From assembly GCA_964016885.1 (NCBI GenBank), contig OZ024744.1, positions 32,860,001-32,924,000 on the forward strand: DNA of 64,000 nucleotides. Reading direction: 5' to 3'. The stretch's first letter is position 1. Every line of letters starts with the position of its first letter. The notes beneath the pieces were generated by a model, which worked only from the letters and a program-made list of their open reading frames with translations, was not told where the DNA came from and did no database searches. Below are positions 33,701-48,700 of this stretch, piece by piece. This DNA comes from Eledone cirrhosa. Taxonomy: Eukaryota. The translations under genes were made by a program, and so were the position numbers.

Positions 33701-36700
33701 TTTACGACAACTTTAGAGAGAGGGTTGGGTGATTTTTATCATGACACCTACACAACCACTTTACAGAGAGGGCTGGGTGATTTTTATCGTGACACAACAC
33801 AACAACTTTACAGAGAGGGCTGGTTGATTTTTATCAAGACACCTACACAACCACTTTACAGTGAGGGTTGGGTGATTTTTATCATGACACCTACACAACC
33901 ACTTTACAGTGTGCGCTGGGTGATTTTATCATGACACCTACAGGAACACTTTACAGTGTGGAGTGGGTGATTTTTATCACGACACCTACACAACAACTTT
34001 ACAGAGAGGGCTGGTTGATTTTTATCGTGACACCTACACGACCACTTTACAGTGAGGGTTGGGTGATTTTTATCATGATACCTACACGACCACTTTACAG
34101 AGAAGGCTGGGTGATTTTTATCATGGCACCTACACGACCACTTTACAGTGAGGGTTGGATGATTTTTATCATGACACCTACACCACCACTTTACAGTGAG
34201 GGTTGGATGATTTTTATCATGACACCTACACCACCACTTTACAGTGAGGGTTGGATAATTTTTATCATGACACCTACAAAACCACTTTACAGTGTGCGCT
34301 GGGTGATTTTTATCATGACACCTACAGGACAACTTTACAGTGTGGAGTGGGTGATTTTAAGCTTGACACCTACACGACCACTTTACAGTGAGGGTTGGGT
34401 GATTTTTATCATGACACCTACACAACAACTTTACAGAGAGGGCTGGTTGATTTTTATCGTGACACCTACACGACCACTTTACAGTGAGGGTTGGGTGATT
34501 TTTATCATGATACCTACACGACCACTTTACAGAGAGGGTTGCGTGATTTTCATCATGGCACCTACACGACAACTTTACAGAGTGGGCTGGGTGATTTTTA
34601 TCATGACACCTTTGCGACAACTTTGCAGAGAGTGCTGGGTGATTTTTATCATGACACCTTTACGACAACTTTACAGAGAGTGTTGGGTGATTTTTATCAT
34701 GACACCCACACAACCACTTTACAGAGAGGGCTGGGTGATTTTTATCATGACACCTACACAACAACTTTACAGAGAGGGCTGGTTGATTTTTATCATGACA
34801 CCTACACGACCACTTTACAGTGAGGGTTGGGTGATTTTTATCATGACACCTACACAACCACTTTACAGTGTGCGCTGGGTGATTTTTATCATGACACCTA
34901 CACGACCACTTTACAGTGAGGGTCGGGTGATTTTTATAATGCCACCTACACAACCACTTTACAGAGAGGGTTGGGTGATTTTTATCATGACACCTAGACG
35001 ACCACTTTCCAGTGTGGTCTGGGTGATTTTTATCAATACACCTACAAAACCACTTTACAGTGTGGGCTAGGTGATTTTTATCATGACACCTTCACGACAA
35101 CTTTACAGAGAGGGCTGGTTGATTTTTATCACGACTCCTACACGACCACTTTACAGTGAGGTTTGGGTGATTTTTATCATGACACCTACACAACAACTTT
35201 ACAGAGAGGGCTGGTTGATTTTTAATATGACACCTACACCACCACTTTACAGTGAGGGTTGGATGATTTTTATCATGACACCTATACAACCACTTTACAT
35301 AGAGGGCTGGGTGATTTTTATCATGACACCTACACAACCACTTTACAGTGTGCGCTGGGTGATTTTTATCATGACACCTACAGGACCACTTTACAGTGTG
35401 GAGTGGGTGATTTTAAGCATGACACCTACACGACCACTTTGCAGAGAGGGCAGGGTGATTTTTATCATGACACCTACACAACAACTTTACAGAGAGGGCT
35501 GGTTGGTTTTTATCATGACACCTACACGACCACTTAACAGAGAGGGCTGGTTGATTTTTATCATGACACCTACACGACCACTTTACAGAGAGGGCTGGGT
35601 GATTTTTATCATGACACCTACACAACCACTTTACAGTGTGGGCTGGGTGATTTTTATCATGACACCTACACGATCACTTTACAGTGTGGGTTGGGTGATT
35701 TTTATCATGCCACCTACACAACCACTTTAAATAGAGGGCTGGGTGATTTTTATCATGACACCTGCACGACCACTTTACAGAGAGGGTTGGGTGATTTTTA
35801 TCATGACACCTGCACGACCACTTTCCAGTGTGGGATGGGTGATTTTTATCAATACACCTACAAAACCACGTTACAGTGTGGGCTTGGTGATTTTTATCAT
35901 GACACCTTCACGACAACTTGACAGAGAGTGTTGGATGATTTTTATCATGACACCTACACAACCACTTTACAGAGAGGGCTGGGTGATTTTATCACGACAC
36001 CTATACGACCACTTTACAGGGAGGTTTGGGTGATTTTTATCATGACACCTACATAACCACTTTACAGTGTGGGCTGGCTGATTTTTGTCATGACACCTTC
36101 ACGACAACTTTACAGAGTGGGTTGGGTGATTTTTATCATAACACCTACACAACCACTTTAAAGAGAGGGCTGGGTGATTTTTATCATGACACCTACACAA
36201 CAACTTTACAGAGAGGGCTGGTTGATTTTTATCATGACACCTACACGACCACTTTACAGTGAGGGTTGGGTGATTTTATCATGATACCTACACGACCACT
36301 TTACAGAGAGGGCTGGGTGATTTTTATCATGGCACCTACACAACCACTTTACAGATAGGGCTGGTTGATTTTTATCATGACACCTACAAGACCACTTTAC
36401 AGTGAGTGTTGGGTGATTTTTATCATGACACCTACACAACCACTTTACAGTGTGCGCTGGGTGATTTTTATCATGACACCTACACGACCACTTTACAGTG
36501 AGGGTTGGGTGATTTTTGTCATGACACCTACACAACCACTTTACAGTGTGCGCTGGGTGATTTTTATCATGACACCTACAGGAACACTTTACAGTGTGGA
36601 GTGGGTGATTTTTATCATGACACCTACATGACCACTTTGCAGAGAGGGCTGGGTGATTTTTATCACGACACCTACACAACAACTTTACAGAGAGGGCTGG

Positions 36701-39700
36701 GTGATTTTTATCACGACACCTACACGACCACTTTACAGTGAGGGTTGGATGATTTTTATCATGACACCTACACCACCACTTTACAGTGAGGGTTGGATGA
36801 TTTTTATCATGACACCTACACAACCACTTTACAGTGTGCGCTGGGTGATTTTTATCATGACACCCACACGACCACTTTACAGTGAGGGTTGGATGATTTC
36901 TATCATGACACCTACACCACCACTTTACAGTGAGGGTTGGATGATTTTTATCATGACACCTACACCACCACTTTACAGTGAGGGTTGGATGATTTTTATC
37001 ATGACACCTACAAAACCACTTTACAGTGTGCGCTGGGTGATTTTTATCATGACACCTACACGACCACTTTACAGTGTGGAGTGGGTGATTTTAAGCATGA
37101 CACCTACACGACCACTTTGCAGAGAGGGCTAGGTGATTTTTATCATGACACCTACACAACAACTTTACAGAGAGGGCTGGTTTATTTTTATCATGACACC
37201 TACATAACCACTTTACGGTGTGGGCTGGGTGATTTTTATCATGACACGTACACAACAACTTTACATAGAGGGCTGGGTGATTTTATCATGACACCTACAC
37301 GACCACTTTACAGACAGGGTTGGGTGATTTTTATCATGACACCTACATAAGCACTTTACAGTGAGGGCTGGGTGATTTTTATCCAGACACCTACACGACC
37401 ACTTTAAAGAGAGGGCAGGGTGATTTTTATCATGACACCTACACGACCACTTTACAGAGAAGGCTGGGTGGTTTTTATCATGACACCTACACGACCACTT
37501 TACAGAGAGGGCTGGGTGATTTTTATCATGACACCTACACGACACTTTGCAGAGAGGGCTGGGTGATTTTAATCATGACACCTATACGACCACTTTACAG
37601 AGTGGGCTGGGTGATTTTTATCATAACACCTACACAACCACTTTACAGAGAGGGCACGGTGATTTTTATCACGACACCTACGCGACCACTTTACAGAGAG
37701 GGTTGGGTGATTTTTATCATGACCCCTACACGACCACTTTACAGAGAGGGCTGGGTGATTTTTATCATGACACCTACACGAACACCTTACAGAGAGGGTT
37801 GGGTGATTTTTATCAATACACCTACACAACCACTTTACAGTGAGGGCTGGGTGATTTTTATCATGACACGTACACGACCACTTTACACTGAGGGTTGGGT
37901 GATTTTTTTCATGACACCTACACAACCACTTTGCAGTGTGGGCTGGGTGATTGTTATCATGACACCTACACAACCACTTTACAGAGAGGGCTGGGTGATT
38001 TTTATCACGACACCTACACAACTACTTTACAGTGTGGGCTGGGTGATTTTTATCATCATACCTACACAACCACTTTACAGTGAGGGCTGGGTGATTTTTA
38101 TCATAACACCTACACAACCACTTTACAGAGAGGGCTCGGTGATTTTTATCATGACACCTACACGACCACTTTACAGAGAGGGCTGGGTGATTTTTATCAA
38201 TACCTACACGACCACTTTACACTGAGAGTTGGGTGATTTTTATCATGACACCTACACAACCACTTTACAATGTGCGATGGGTGATTTGTATCATGACACC
38301 TACAGTACCACTTTACGGTGTTGACTAGGTGATTTTTATCATGACACCTACACGACCAGTTTGGTAGAGAGGGCTGGGTGATTTTTATCATGACACCTAC
38401 ACAACCACTTTACAGAGAGGGCTGGGTGATTTTTATCATGACACCTACACAACCACTTTACAGTGTGGGCTGGGTGATTTTTATCATGACACCTACACGA
38501 CCAATTTAAAGAGAGGGCAGGGTGCTTTTTATCATGACACCTACACAACAACTTTACATAGAGGCCTGGGTGATTTTATCATGACACCTACACGACCACT
38601 TTTCAGAGAGGACTTGGTGATTTTTATCATGACACCTACACAACCACTTTACAGAGAGGGCTGGGTGATTTTTATCATGACACCTACACGACCACTTTAC
38701 AGTCAGGTTTGGGTGATTTTTATCATGACACCTACACAACCACTTTACAGAGAGGGCTGGTTGATTTTTATCATGACACCTACACGACCACTTTACAGTG
38801 AGGGTTGGATGATTTTTATCATGACACCTACACCACCACTTTACAGTGAGGGTTGGATGATTTTTATCATGACACCTACACCACCACTTTACAGTGAGGG
38901 TTGGATAATTTTTATCATGACACCTACAAAACCACTTTACAGTGTGCGCTGGGTGATTTTTATCATGACACCTACAGGACAACTTTACAGTGTGGAGTGG
39001 GTGATTTTAAGCATGACACCTACACGACCACTTTACAGTGAGGGTTGGGTGATTTTTATCATGACACCTACACAACAACTTTACAGAGAGGGCTGGTTGA
39101 TTTTTATCGTGACACCTACACGACCACTTTACAGTGAGGGTTGGGTGATTTTTATCATGATACCTACACGACCACTTTACAGAGAGGGTTGCGTGATTTT
39201 CATCATGGCACCTACACGACAACTTTACAGAGTGGGCTGGGTGATTTTTATCATGACACCTTTGCGACAACTTTGCAGAGAGGGCTGGGTGATTTTTATC
39301 ATGACACCTTTACGACAACTTTACAGAGAGTGTTGGGTGATTTTTATCATGACACCCACACAACCACTTTACAGAGAGGGCTGGGTGATTTTTATCATGA
39401 CACCTACACAACAACTTTACAGAGAGGGCTGGTTGATTTTTATCATGACACCTACACGACCACTTTACAGTGAGGGTTGGGTGATTTTTATCATGACACC
39501 TACACAACCACTTTACAGTGTGCGCTGGGTGATTTTTATCATGACACCTACACGACCACTTTACAGTGAGGGTCGGGTGATTTTTATAATGCCACCTACA
39601 CAACCACTTTACAGAGAGGGTTGGGTGATTTTTATCATGACACCTAGACGACCACTTTCCAGTGTGGTCTGGGTGATTTTTATCAATACACCTACAAAAC

Positions 39701-42700
39701 CACTTTACAGTGTGGGCTAGGTGATTTTCATCATGACACCTTCACGACAACTTTACAGAGAGGGCTGGTTGATTTTTATCACGACTCCTACACGACCACT
39801 TTACAGTGAGGTTTGGGTGATTTTTATCATGACACCTACACAACAACTTTACAGAGAGGGCTGGTTGATTTTTAATATGACACCTACACCACCACTTTAC
39901 AGTGAGGGTTGGATGATTTTTATCATGACACCTATACAACCACTTTACATAGAGGGCTGGGTGATTTTTATCATGACACCTACACAACCACTTTACAGTG
40001 TGCGCTGGGTGATTTTTATCATGACACCTACAGGACCACTTTACAGTGTGAAGTGGGTGATTTTAAGCATGACACCTACACGACCACTTTGCAGAGAGGG
40101 CTGGGTGATTTTTATCATGACACCTACACAACAACTTTACAGAGAGGGCTGGTTGGTTTTTATCATGACACCTACACGACCACTTAACAGAGAGGGCTGG
40201 TTGATATTTATCATGACACCTACACGACCACTTTACAGAGAGGGCTGGGTGATTTTTATCATGACACCTACACAACCACTTTACAGTGTGGGCTGGGTGA
40301 TTTTTATCATGACACCTACACGATCACTTTACAGTGTGGGTTGGGTGATTTTTATCATGCCACCTACACAACCACTTTAAATAGAGGGCTGGGTGATTTT
40401 TATCATGACACCTGCACGACCACTTTACAGAGAGGGTTGGGTGATTTTTATCATGACACCTGCACGACCACTTTCCAGTGTGGGATGGGTGATTTTTATC
40501 AATACACCTACAAAACCACTTTACAGTGTGGGCTTGGTGATTTTTATCATGACACCTTCACGACAACTTGACAGAGAGTGTTGGATGATTTTTATCATGA
40601 CACCTACACAACCACTTTACAGAGAGGGCTGGGTGATTTTATCACGACACCTATACGACCACTTTACAGGGAGGTTTGGGTGATTTTTATCATGACACCT
40701 ACATAACCACTTTACAGTGTGGGCTGGCTGATTTTTATCATGACACCTTCACGACAACTTTACAGAGTGGGTTGGGTGATTTTTATCATAACACCTACAC
40801 AACCACTTTAAAGAGAGGGCTGGGTGATTTTTATCATGACACCTACACAACAACTTTACAGAGAGGGCTGGTTGATTTTTATCATGACACCTACACGACC
40901 ACTTTACAGTGAGGGTTGGGTGATTTTATCATGATACCTACACGACTACTTTACAGAGAGGGCTGGGTGATTTTTATCATGGCACCTACACAACCACTTT
41001 ACAGATAGGGCTGGTTGATTTGTATCATGACACCTACAAGACCACTTTACAGTGAGTGTTGGGTGATTTTTATCATGACACCTACACAACCACTTTACAG
41101 TGTGCGCTGGGTGATTTTTATCATGACACCTACACGACCACTTTACAGTGAGGGTTGGGTGATTTTTGTCATGACACCTACACAACCACTTTACAGTGTG
41201 CGCTGGGTGATTTTTATCATGACACCTACAGGAACACTTTACAGTGTGGAGTGGGTGATTTTTATCATGACACCTACATGACCACTTTGCAGAGAGGGCT
41301 GGGTGATTTTTATCACGACACCTACACAACAACTTTACAGAGAGGGCTGGGTGATTTTAATCACGACACCTACACGACCACTTTACAGTGAGGGTTGGAT
41401 GATTTTTATCATGACACCTACACCACCACTTTACAGTGAGGGTTGGATGATTTTTATCATGACACCTACACAACCACTTTACAGTGTGCGCTGGGTGATT
41501 TTTATCATGACACCCACACGACCACTTTACAGTGAGGGTTGGATGATTTCTATCATGACACCTACACCACCACTTTACAGTGAGGGTTGGATGATTTTTA
41601 TCATGACACCTACACCACCACTTTACAGTGAGGGTTGGATGATTTTTATCATGACACCTACAAAACCACTTTACAGTGTGCGCTGGGTGATTTTTATCAT
41701 GACACCTACACGACCACTTTACAGTGTGGAGTGGGTGATTTTAAGCATGACACCTACACGACCACTTTGCAGAGAGGGCTGGGTGATTTTTATCATGACA
41801 CCTACACAACAACTTTACAGAGAGGGCTGGTTTATTTTTATCATGACACCTACATAACCACTTTACGGTGTGGGCTGGGTGATTTTTATCATGACACCTA
41901 CACAACAACTTTACATAGAGGGCTGGGTGATTTTATCATGACACCTACACGACCACTTTACAGACAGGGTTGGGTGATTTTTATCATGACACCTACATAA
42001 GCACTTTACAGTGAGGGCTGGGTGATTTTTATCCAGACACCTACACGACCACTTTAAAGAGAGGGCAGGGTGATTTTTATCATGACACCTACACGACCAC
42101 TTTACAGAGAAGGCTGGGTGGTTTTTATCATGACACCTACACGACCACTTTACAGAGAGGGCTGGGTGATTTTTATCATGACACCTACACGACACTTTGC
42201 AGAGAGGGCTGGGTGATTTTAATCATGACACCTATACGACCACTTTACAGAGTGGGCTGGGTGATTTTTATCATAACACCTACACAACCACTTTACAGAG
42301 AGGGCACGGTGATTTTTATCACGACACCTACGCGACCACTTTACAGAGAGGGTTGGGTGATTTTTATCATGACCCCTACACGACCACTTTACAGAGAGGG
42401 CTGGGTGATTTTTATCATGACACCTACACGAACACCTTACAGAGAGGTTTGGGTGATTTTTATCAATACACCTACACAACCACTTTACAGTGAGGGCTGG
42501 GTGATTTTTATCATGACACGTACACGACCACTTTACACTGAGGGTTGGGTGATTTTTTTCATGACACCTACACAACCACTTTGCAGTGTGGGCTGGGTGA
42601 TTGTTATCATGACACCTACACAACCACTTTACAGAGAGGGCTGGGTGATTTTTATCACGACACCTACACAACTACTTTACAGTGTGGGCTGGGTGATTTT

Positions 42701-45700
42701 TATCATCATACCTACACAACCACTTTACAGTGAGGGCTGGGTGATTTTTATCATAACACCTACACAACCACTTTACAGAGAGGGCTCGGTGATTTTTATC
42801 ATGACACCTACACGACCACTTTACAGAGAGGGCTGGGTGATTTTTATCATGATACCTACACGACCACTTTACACTGAGAGTTGGGTGATTTTTATCATGA
42901 CACCTACACAACCACTTTACAGTGTGGGCTGGGTGATTTTTATCATGACACCTACACGACCAATTTAAAGAGAGGGCAGGGTGCTTTTTATCATGACACC
43001 TACAAAACAACTTTACATAGAGGCCTGGGTGATTTTATCATGACACCTACACGACCACTTTTCAGAGAGGACTTGGTGATTTTTATCATGACACCTACAC
43101 AACCACTTTACAGAGAGGGCTGGGTGATTTTTATCATGACACCTACACGACCACTTTACAGTGAGGTTTGGGTGATTTTTATCATGACACCTACACAACC
43201 ACTTTACAGAGAGGGCTGGTTGATTTTTATCATGACACCTACACGACCACTTTACGGTGAGGGTTGGGTGATTTTTATCATGACAACTACACAACCATTT
43301 TACAGTGTGCGCTGGGTGATTTTTATCATGACACCTACAGGACCACTTTACAGTGTGGAGTGGGTGATTTTTATCACGACACCTACACGACCACTTTACA
43401 GAGAGGGTTGGGTGATTTTTATCATGACACCTACACAACCACTTTACAGAGAGGGTTGGGTGATTTTTATCATGACACTTACACGACCACTTTCCAGTGT
43501 GGGCTGGGTGATTTTTATCAATACACCTACAAAACCACTTTACAGAGAGGGCTGGGTGATTTTTATCATGACACCTACACAACCACTTTACAGTGTGGGC
43601 TGGTTGATTTTTATCATGACACCTACACAACCACTTTACAGAGAGGGTTGGGTGATTTTTATCATGAAACCTACACAACCACTTTACAGTGAGGGGTGGT
43701 TGATTTTTATCATGACACCTACACAACCACTTTACAGAGAGGGCTGGGTGATTTTTATCATGACACCTACACGACCACTTTACAGAGAGGGCTTGGTGAT
43801 TTTTATCATGGCACCTACACAACAACTTTACAGTGTGCGCTGGGTGATTTTTATCATGATACCTTTACGACAACTTTACAGAGCGGGTTGGGTGATTTTT
43901 ATCATGACACCCACACAACCACTTTACAGAGAGGGCTGGGTGATTTTTATCATGACACCTACACAACAACTTTACAGAGAGGGCTGGTTGATTTTTATCA
44001 TGACACCTACACGACCACTTTACAGTGAGGGTTGGGTGATTTTTATCACGATACCTACACAACCACTTTACAGTGAGCGCTGGGTGATTTTTATCATGAC
44101 ACCTACAGGACCACTTTACAGTGTGGAGTGGGTGATTTTTATCATGACACCTACACGACCACTTTGCAGAGAGGGCTGGGTGATTTTTATTATGACACCT
44201 ACACAACCACCTTACAGAGGGGGCTGGTTGATTTTTATCATGACACCTACACAACCACTTTACAGAGAGGGCTGGGTGATTTTTATCATGACACCTACAC
44301 GACCAGTTTACAGAGAGGATTGGGGCATTTTATCACGACACCTATACGACCACTTCACACAGAGGGTTGGGTGATTTTTATCATGACATCTACATAACCA
44401 CTTTACAGTGTGGGCTGGGTGATTTTTTTCATGACACCTACAAAACAAGTTTACAGAGAGGTCTGGTTGATTTTTATCATGACACCTACACGACCATTTT
44501 ACAGAAAAGGCTGGGTGGTTTTTTCTCATGACACCTACACGACCACTTTACAGCGAGGACTGGGTGATTTTTATCATGACACCTACACGACCACTTTACA
44601 GAGTGGGCTGGGTCATTTTTATCATGACACCTGCACAACCACTTTACAGAGAGGGTTGGGTGATTTTTATCATGACACTTACACGACCACTTTCCAGTGT
44701 GGGCTGGGTGATTTTTATCAATACACCTACAAAACCACTTTACAGAGAGGGCTGGGTGATTTTTATCATGACACCTACACAACCACTTTACAGTGTGGGC
44801 TGGTTGATTTTTATCATGACACCTACACAACCACTTTACAGAGAGGGTTGGGTGATTTTTATCATGACACCTACACAACCACTTTACAGTGAGGGGTGGT
44901 TGATTTTTATCATGACACCTACACAACCACTTTACAGAGAGGGCTGGGTGATTTTTATCATGACACCTACACGACCACTTTACAGAGAGGGCTGGGTGAT
45001 TTTTATCATGGCACCTACACAACAACTTTACAGTGTGCGCTGGGTGATTTTTATCATGATACCTTTACGACAACTTTACAGAGCGGGTTGGGTGATTTTT
45101 ATCATGACACCCACACAACCACTTTACAGAGAGGGCTGGGTGATTTTTATCATGACACCTACACAATAACTTTACAGAGAGGGCTGGTTGATTTTTATCA
45201 TGACACCTACACGACCACTTTACAGTGAGGGTTGGGTGATTTTTATCACGATACCTACACAACCACTTTACAGGGTGCGCTGGGTGATTTTTATCATAAC
45301 ACCTACAGGACCACTTTACAGTGTGGAGTGGGTGATTTTTATCATGACACCTACACGACCACTTTGCAGAGAGGGCTGGGTGATTTTTATTATGACACCT
45401 ACACAACCACTTTACAGAGGGGGCTGGTTGATTTTTATCATGACACCTACACAACCACTTTACAGAGAGGGCTGGGTGATTTTTATCATGACACCTACAC
45501 GACCAGTTTACAGAGAGGGTTGGGGCATTTTATCACGACACCTATACGACCACTTCACACAGAGGGTTGGGTGATTTTTATCATGACATCTACATAACCA
45601 CTTTACAGTGTGGGCTGGGTGATTTTTTTCATGACACCTACAAAACAAGTTTACAGAGAGGTCTGGTTGATTTTTATCATGACACCTACACGACCATTTT

Positions 45701-48700
45701 ACAGAAAAGGCTGGGTGGTTTTTTCTCATGACACCTACACGACCACTTTACAGCGAGGGCTGGGTGATTTTTATCATGACACCTACACAACCACTTTACA
45801 GTGTGCGCTGGGTGATTTTTATCATGACACCTACAGGACTACTTTACAGTGTGGAGTGGGTGATTTTTATCATGACACCTGCACGACCACCTTGCAGAGA
45901 GGGCTGGGTGATATTTATCACGACACCTACACAACAACTTTACAGAGAGGGCTGGTTGATTTTTATCATGACACCTACACAACCACTTTACAGAGAGGGC
46001 TGGGTGATTTTTATCACGACACCCACACGACCACTTTACAGAGAGGGTTGGGTGATTTTTATCATGACACCTACAAAACCACTTTACAGTGAGGGTTGGG
46101 TGATTTTTATCATGACACCTACACAACCACTTTACAGTGTGGGCTGGATGATTTTTATCATGACACCTACACAATCACTTTACAGAGAGTACTGGGTGAT
46201 TTTTATCATGACACCTACACTACCATTTTACAGAGAGGGCTGGGTAATGTTTATCATGACACCTACAAAACCACTTTACAGTGAGGGCTGGGTGATTTTT
46301 ATCATGACACCTACACGACAACTTTACAGAGAGGGCTGGGTGATTTTTATCATGCCACCTACACAACCTTTTTACAGTGTGGGCTGGGTGATTTTTATCA
46401 TGACACCTACACGATAACTTTACAGTGTGGGTTGGGTGATTTTTAAAATGACAACTACACAACCACTTTACAGAGAGGGATGGGTGATTTTTATCATGAC
46501 ACCTACACGACCACTTTCCAGTGTGGGCTGGGTGATTTTTATCAATACACCTACACAACCACTTTACAGAGAACGCTGGGTGGTTTTTTATCATGACACC
46601 TACACGACCACTTTACAGAGTGGGCTGGGTGATTTTTATCATGACACCTACACAACCACTTTACAGAGAGGGCTCGGTGATTTTTGTCACGACACCTACG
46701 CGACCACTTTACAGAGAGGGTTGGGTGATTTTTATCATGACACCTACAAAACCACGTTACAGAGAGGGCTGGGTGATTTTTATCATGACACCTACACGAC
46801 CACTTTACAGAAAGGGTTGGGGGATTTTTTTCAATACACCTACACAACCACTTTACAGTGAGGGCTGGGTGATTTATATCATGACACCTACACAACCACT
46901 TTACAGTGTGGGCTGGGTGATTTTTATCATGACACCTACACAATCACTTTACAGAGAAGGCTGGGTGATTTTTATCATGACACCTACACGACCACTTTTC
47001 GAGAGGGCTGGGTGATTTTTATCATGACACCTACACGACCACTTTACAGTGTAGGTTGGGTGATTTTTATCATGACACCTACACAACCACTTTACAGAGA
47101 GGGCTGCGTGTTTTTTATCAATACACCTACAAAACCACTTTACAGAGAGTGTTAGGGGATTTTTATCATGACACCTACACGACCACTTTACAGTGTGGGT
47201 TGGGTGATTTTTATCATGACACTACAGAACCACTTTACAGAGAGTGTTGGGGGATTTTTATCATGACACCTACACGACCACTTTACAGAGATGGCTGGGT
47301 GATTTTATCACGACACCTATACGACCACTTAACAGTGAGGTTCGGTGATTTTTATCACGACAACTACATAACCACTTTACAGTGTGGGCTGGGTGATTTT
47401 TATCATGACACCTTCACGACCACTTTACAGAGAGGGTTGGGTGATTTTTATCATGACACCTACAAAACCACTTTACAGAGAGGGTTGGGTGATTTTTATC
47501 ATGACACCTACACAACCACTCTGCAGTGTGGGCTGGGTGATTTTTATCATAACACCTACACAACCACATTACAGATAGGGCTGGGTGATTTCTATCACGA
47601 CACCTACACAACCACTTTACAGTCTGGGCTGGGTGATTTTGATCACGATACCTACACAACCACTTTACAGAGAGGGCTGGGTTACTTTTATCATGACACC
47701 TACACCACCACTTTACAGTGAGGGTGGGAGACCTTTATCTTGACACCTGCACGACCACTGTACAGAGTAGGTTGGGTGATTTTTCAAATGACAACTACAC
47801 AACCACTTTACAGAGAGGGTTCGGTGATTTTTATCATGACACCTACACGACCATTTTCCAGTGTGGGCTGGGTCATTTTTATCAATACACCAACAAAACC
47901 ACTTTACATAGATGGCTGGGTGATCTTATCACGACACCTATACTACCACTTCACAGAGAGGGTTGGGTGATTTTTATCATGACACCTACACGACCACTTT
48001 ACAGAGAAGGCTGGGTGGGTTTTATCATGACACCTACACGTCCACTTTACAGAGAGGGCTGGGTGATATTTATCATGACACCTACACGACTACTTTTCAG
48101 AGTGGGCTGGGGGATTTTTATCATGACACCTACACAACCACTTTACAGAGAGGGCTCGGTGATTTTTATCACGACACCTACGCGACACTTTACAGAGAGG
48201 GTTAGGTGATTTTTATCATGACATCTACACAACCACTTTACAGAGAGGGCTGGGTGATTTTTATCATGACACCTACACGACCACTTTACAGAGAGGGTTG
48301 GGTGATTTTTATCAATACACCTACACAACCACTTTACAGTGAGGGCTGGGTGATTTATATCATGACACCTACACAACCACTTTACAGAGTGGGCTGGGTG
48401 ATTTTTATCATGACACCTACACAACCACTTTACAGAGAGGGCTGGGTGATTTTTATCATGACACCTACACAACCACTTTGCAGTGTGGGCTGGGTGATTT
48501 TTATCATGACACCTACACAACCACTTTACAGTGTGTGCTGGGTGATTTTTATCATGACACCTACACAATCACTTTACAGAGAAGGCTGGGTGATTTTTAT
48601 CATGACACCAACACGACCACTTTTAGAGAGGGCTGGGTGATTTTTATCATGACACCTACACGACCACTTTACAGTGTGGGTTGGGTGATTTTTATCATGA

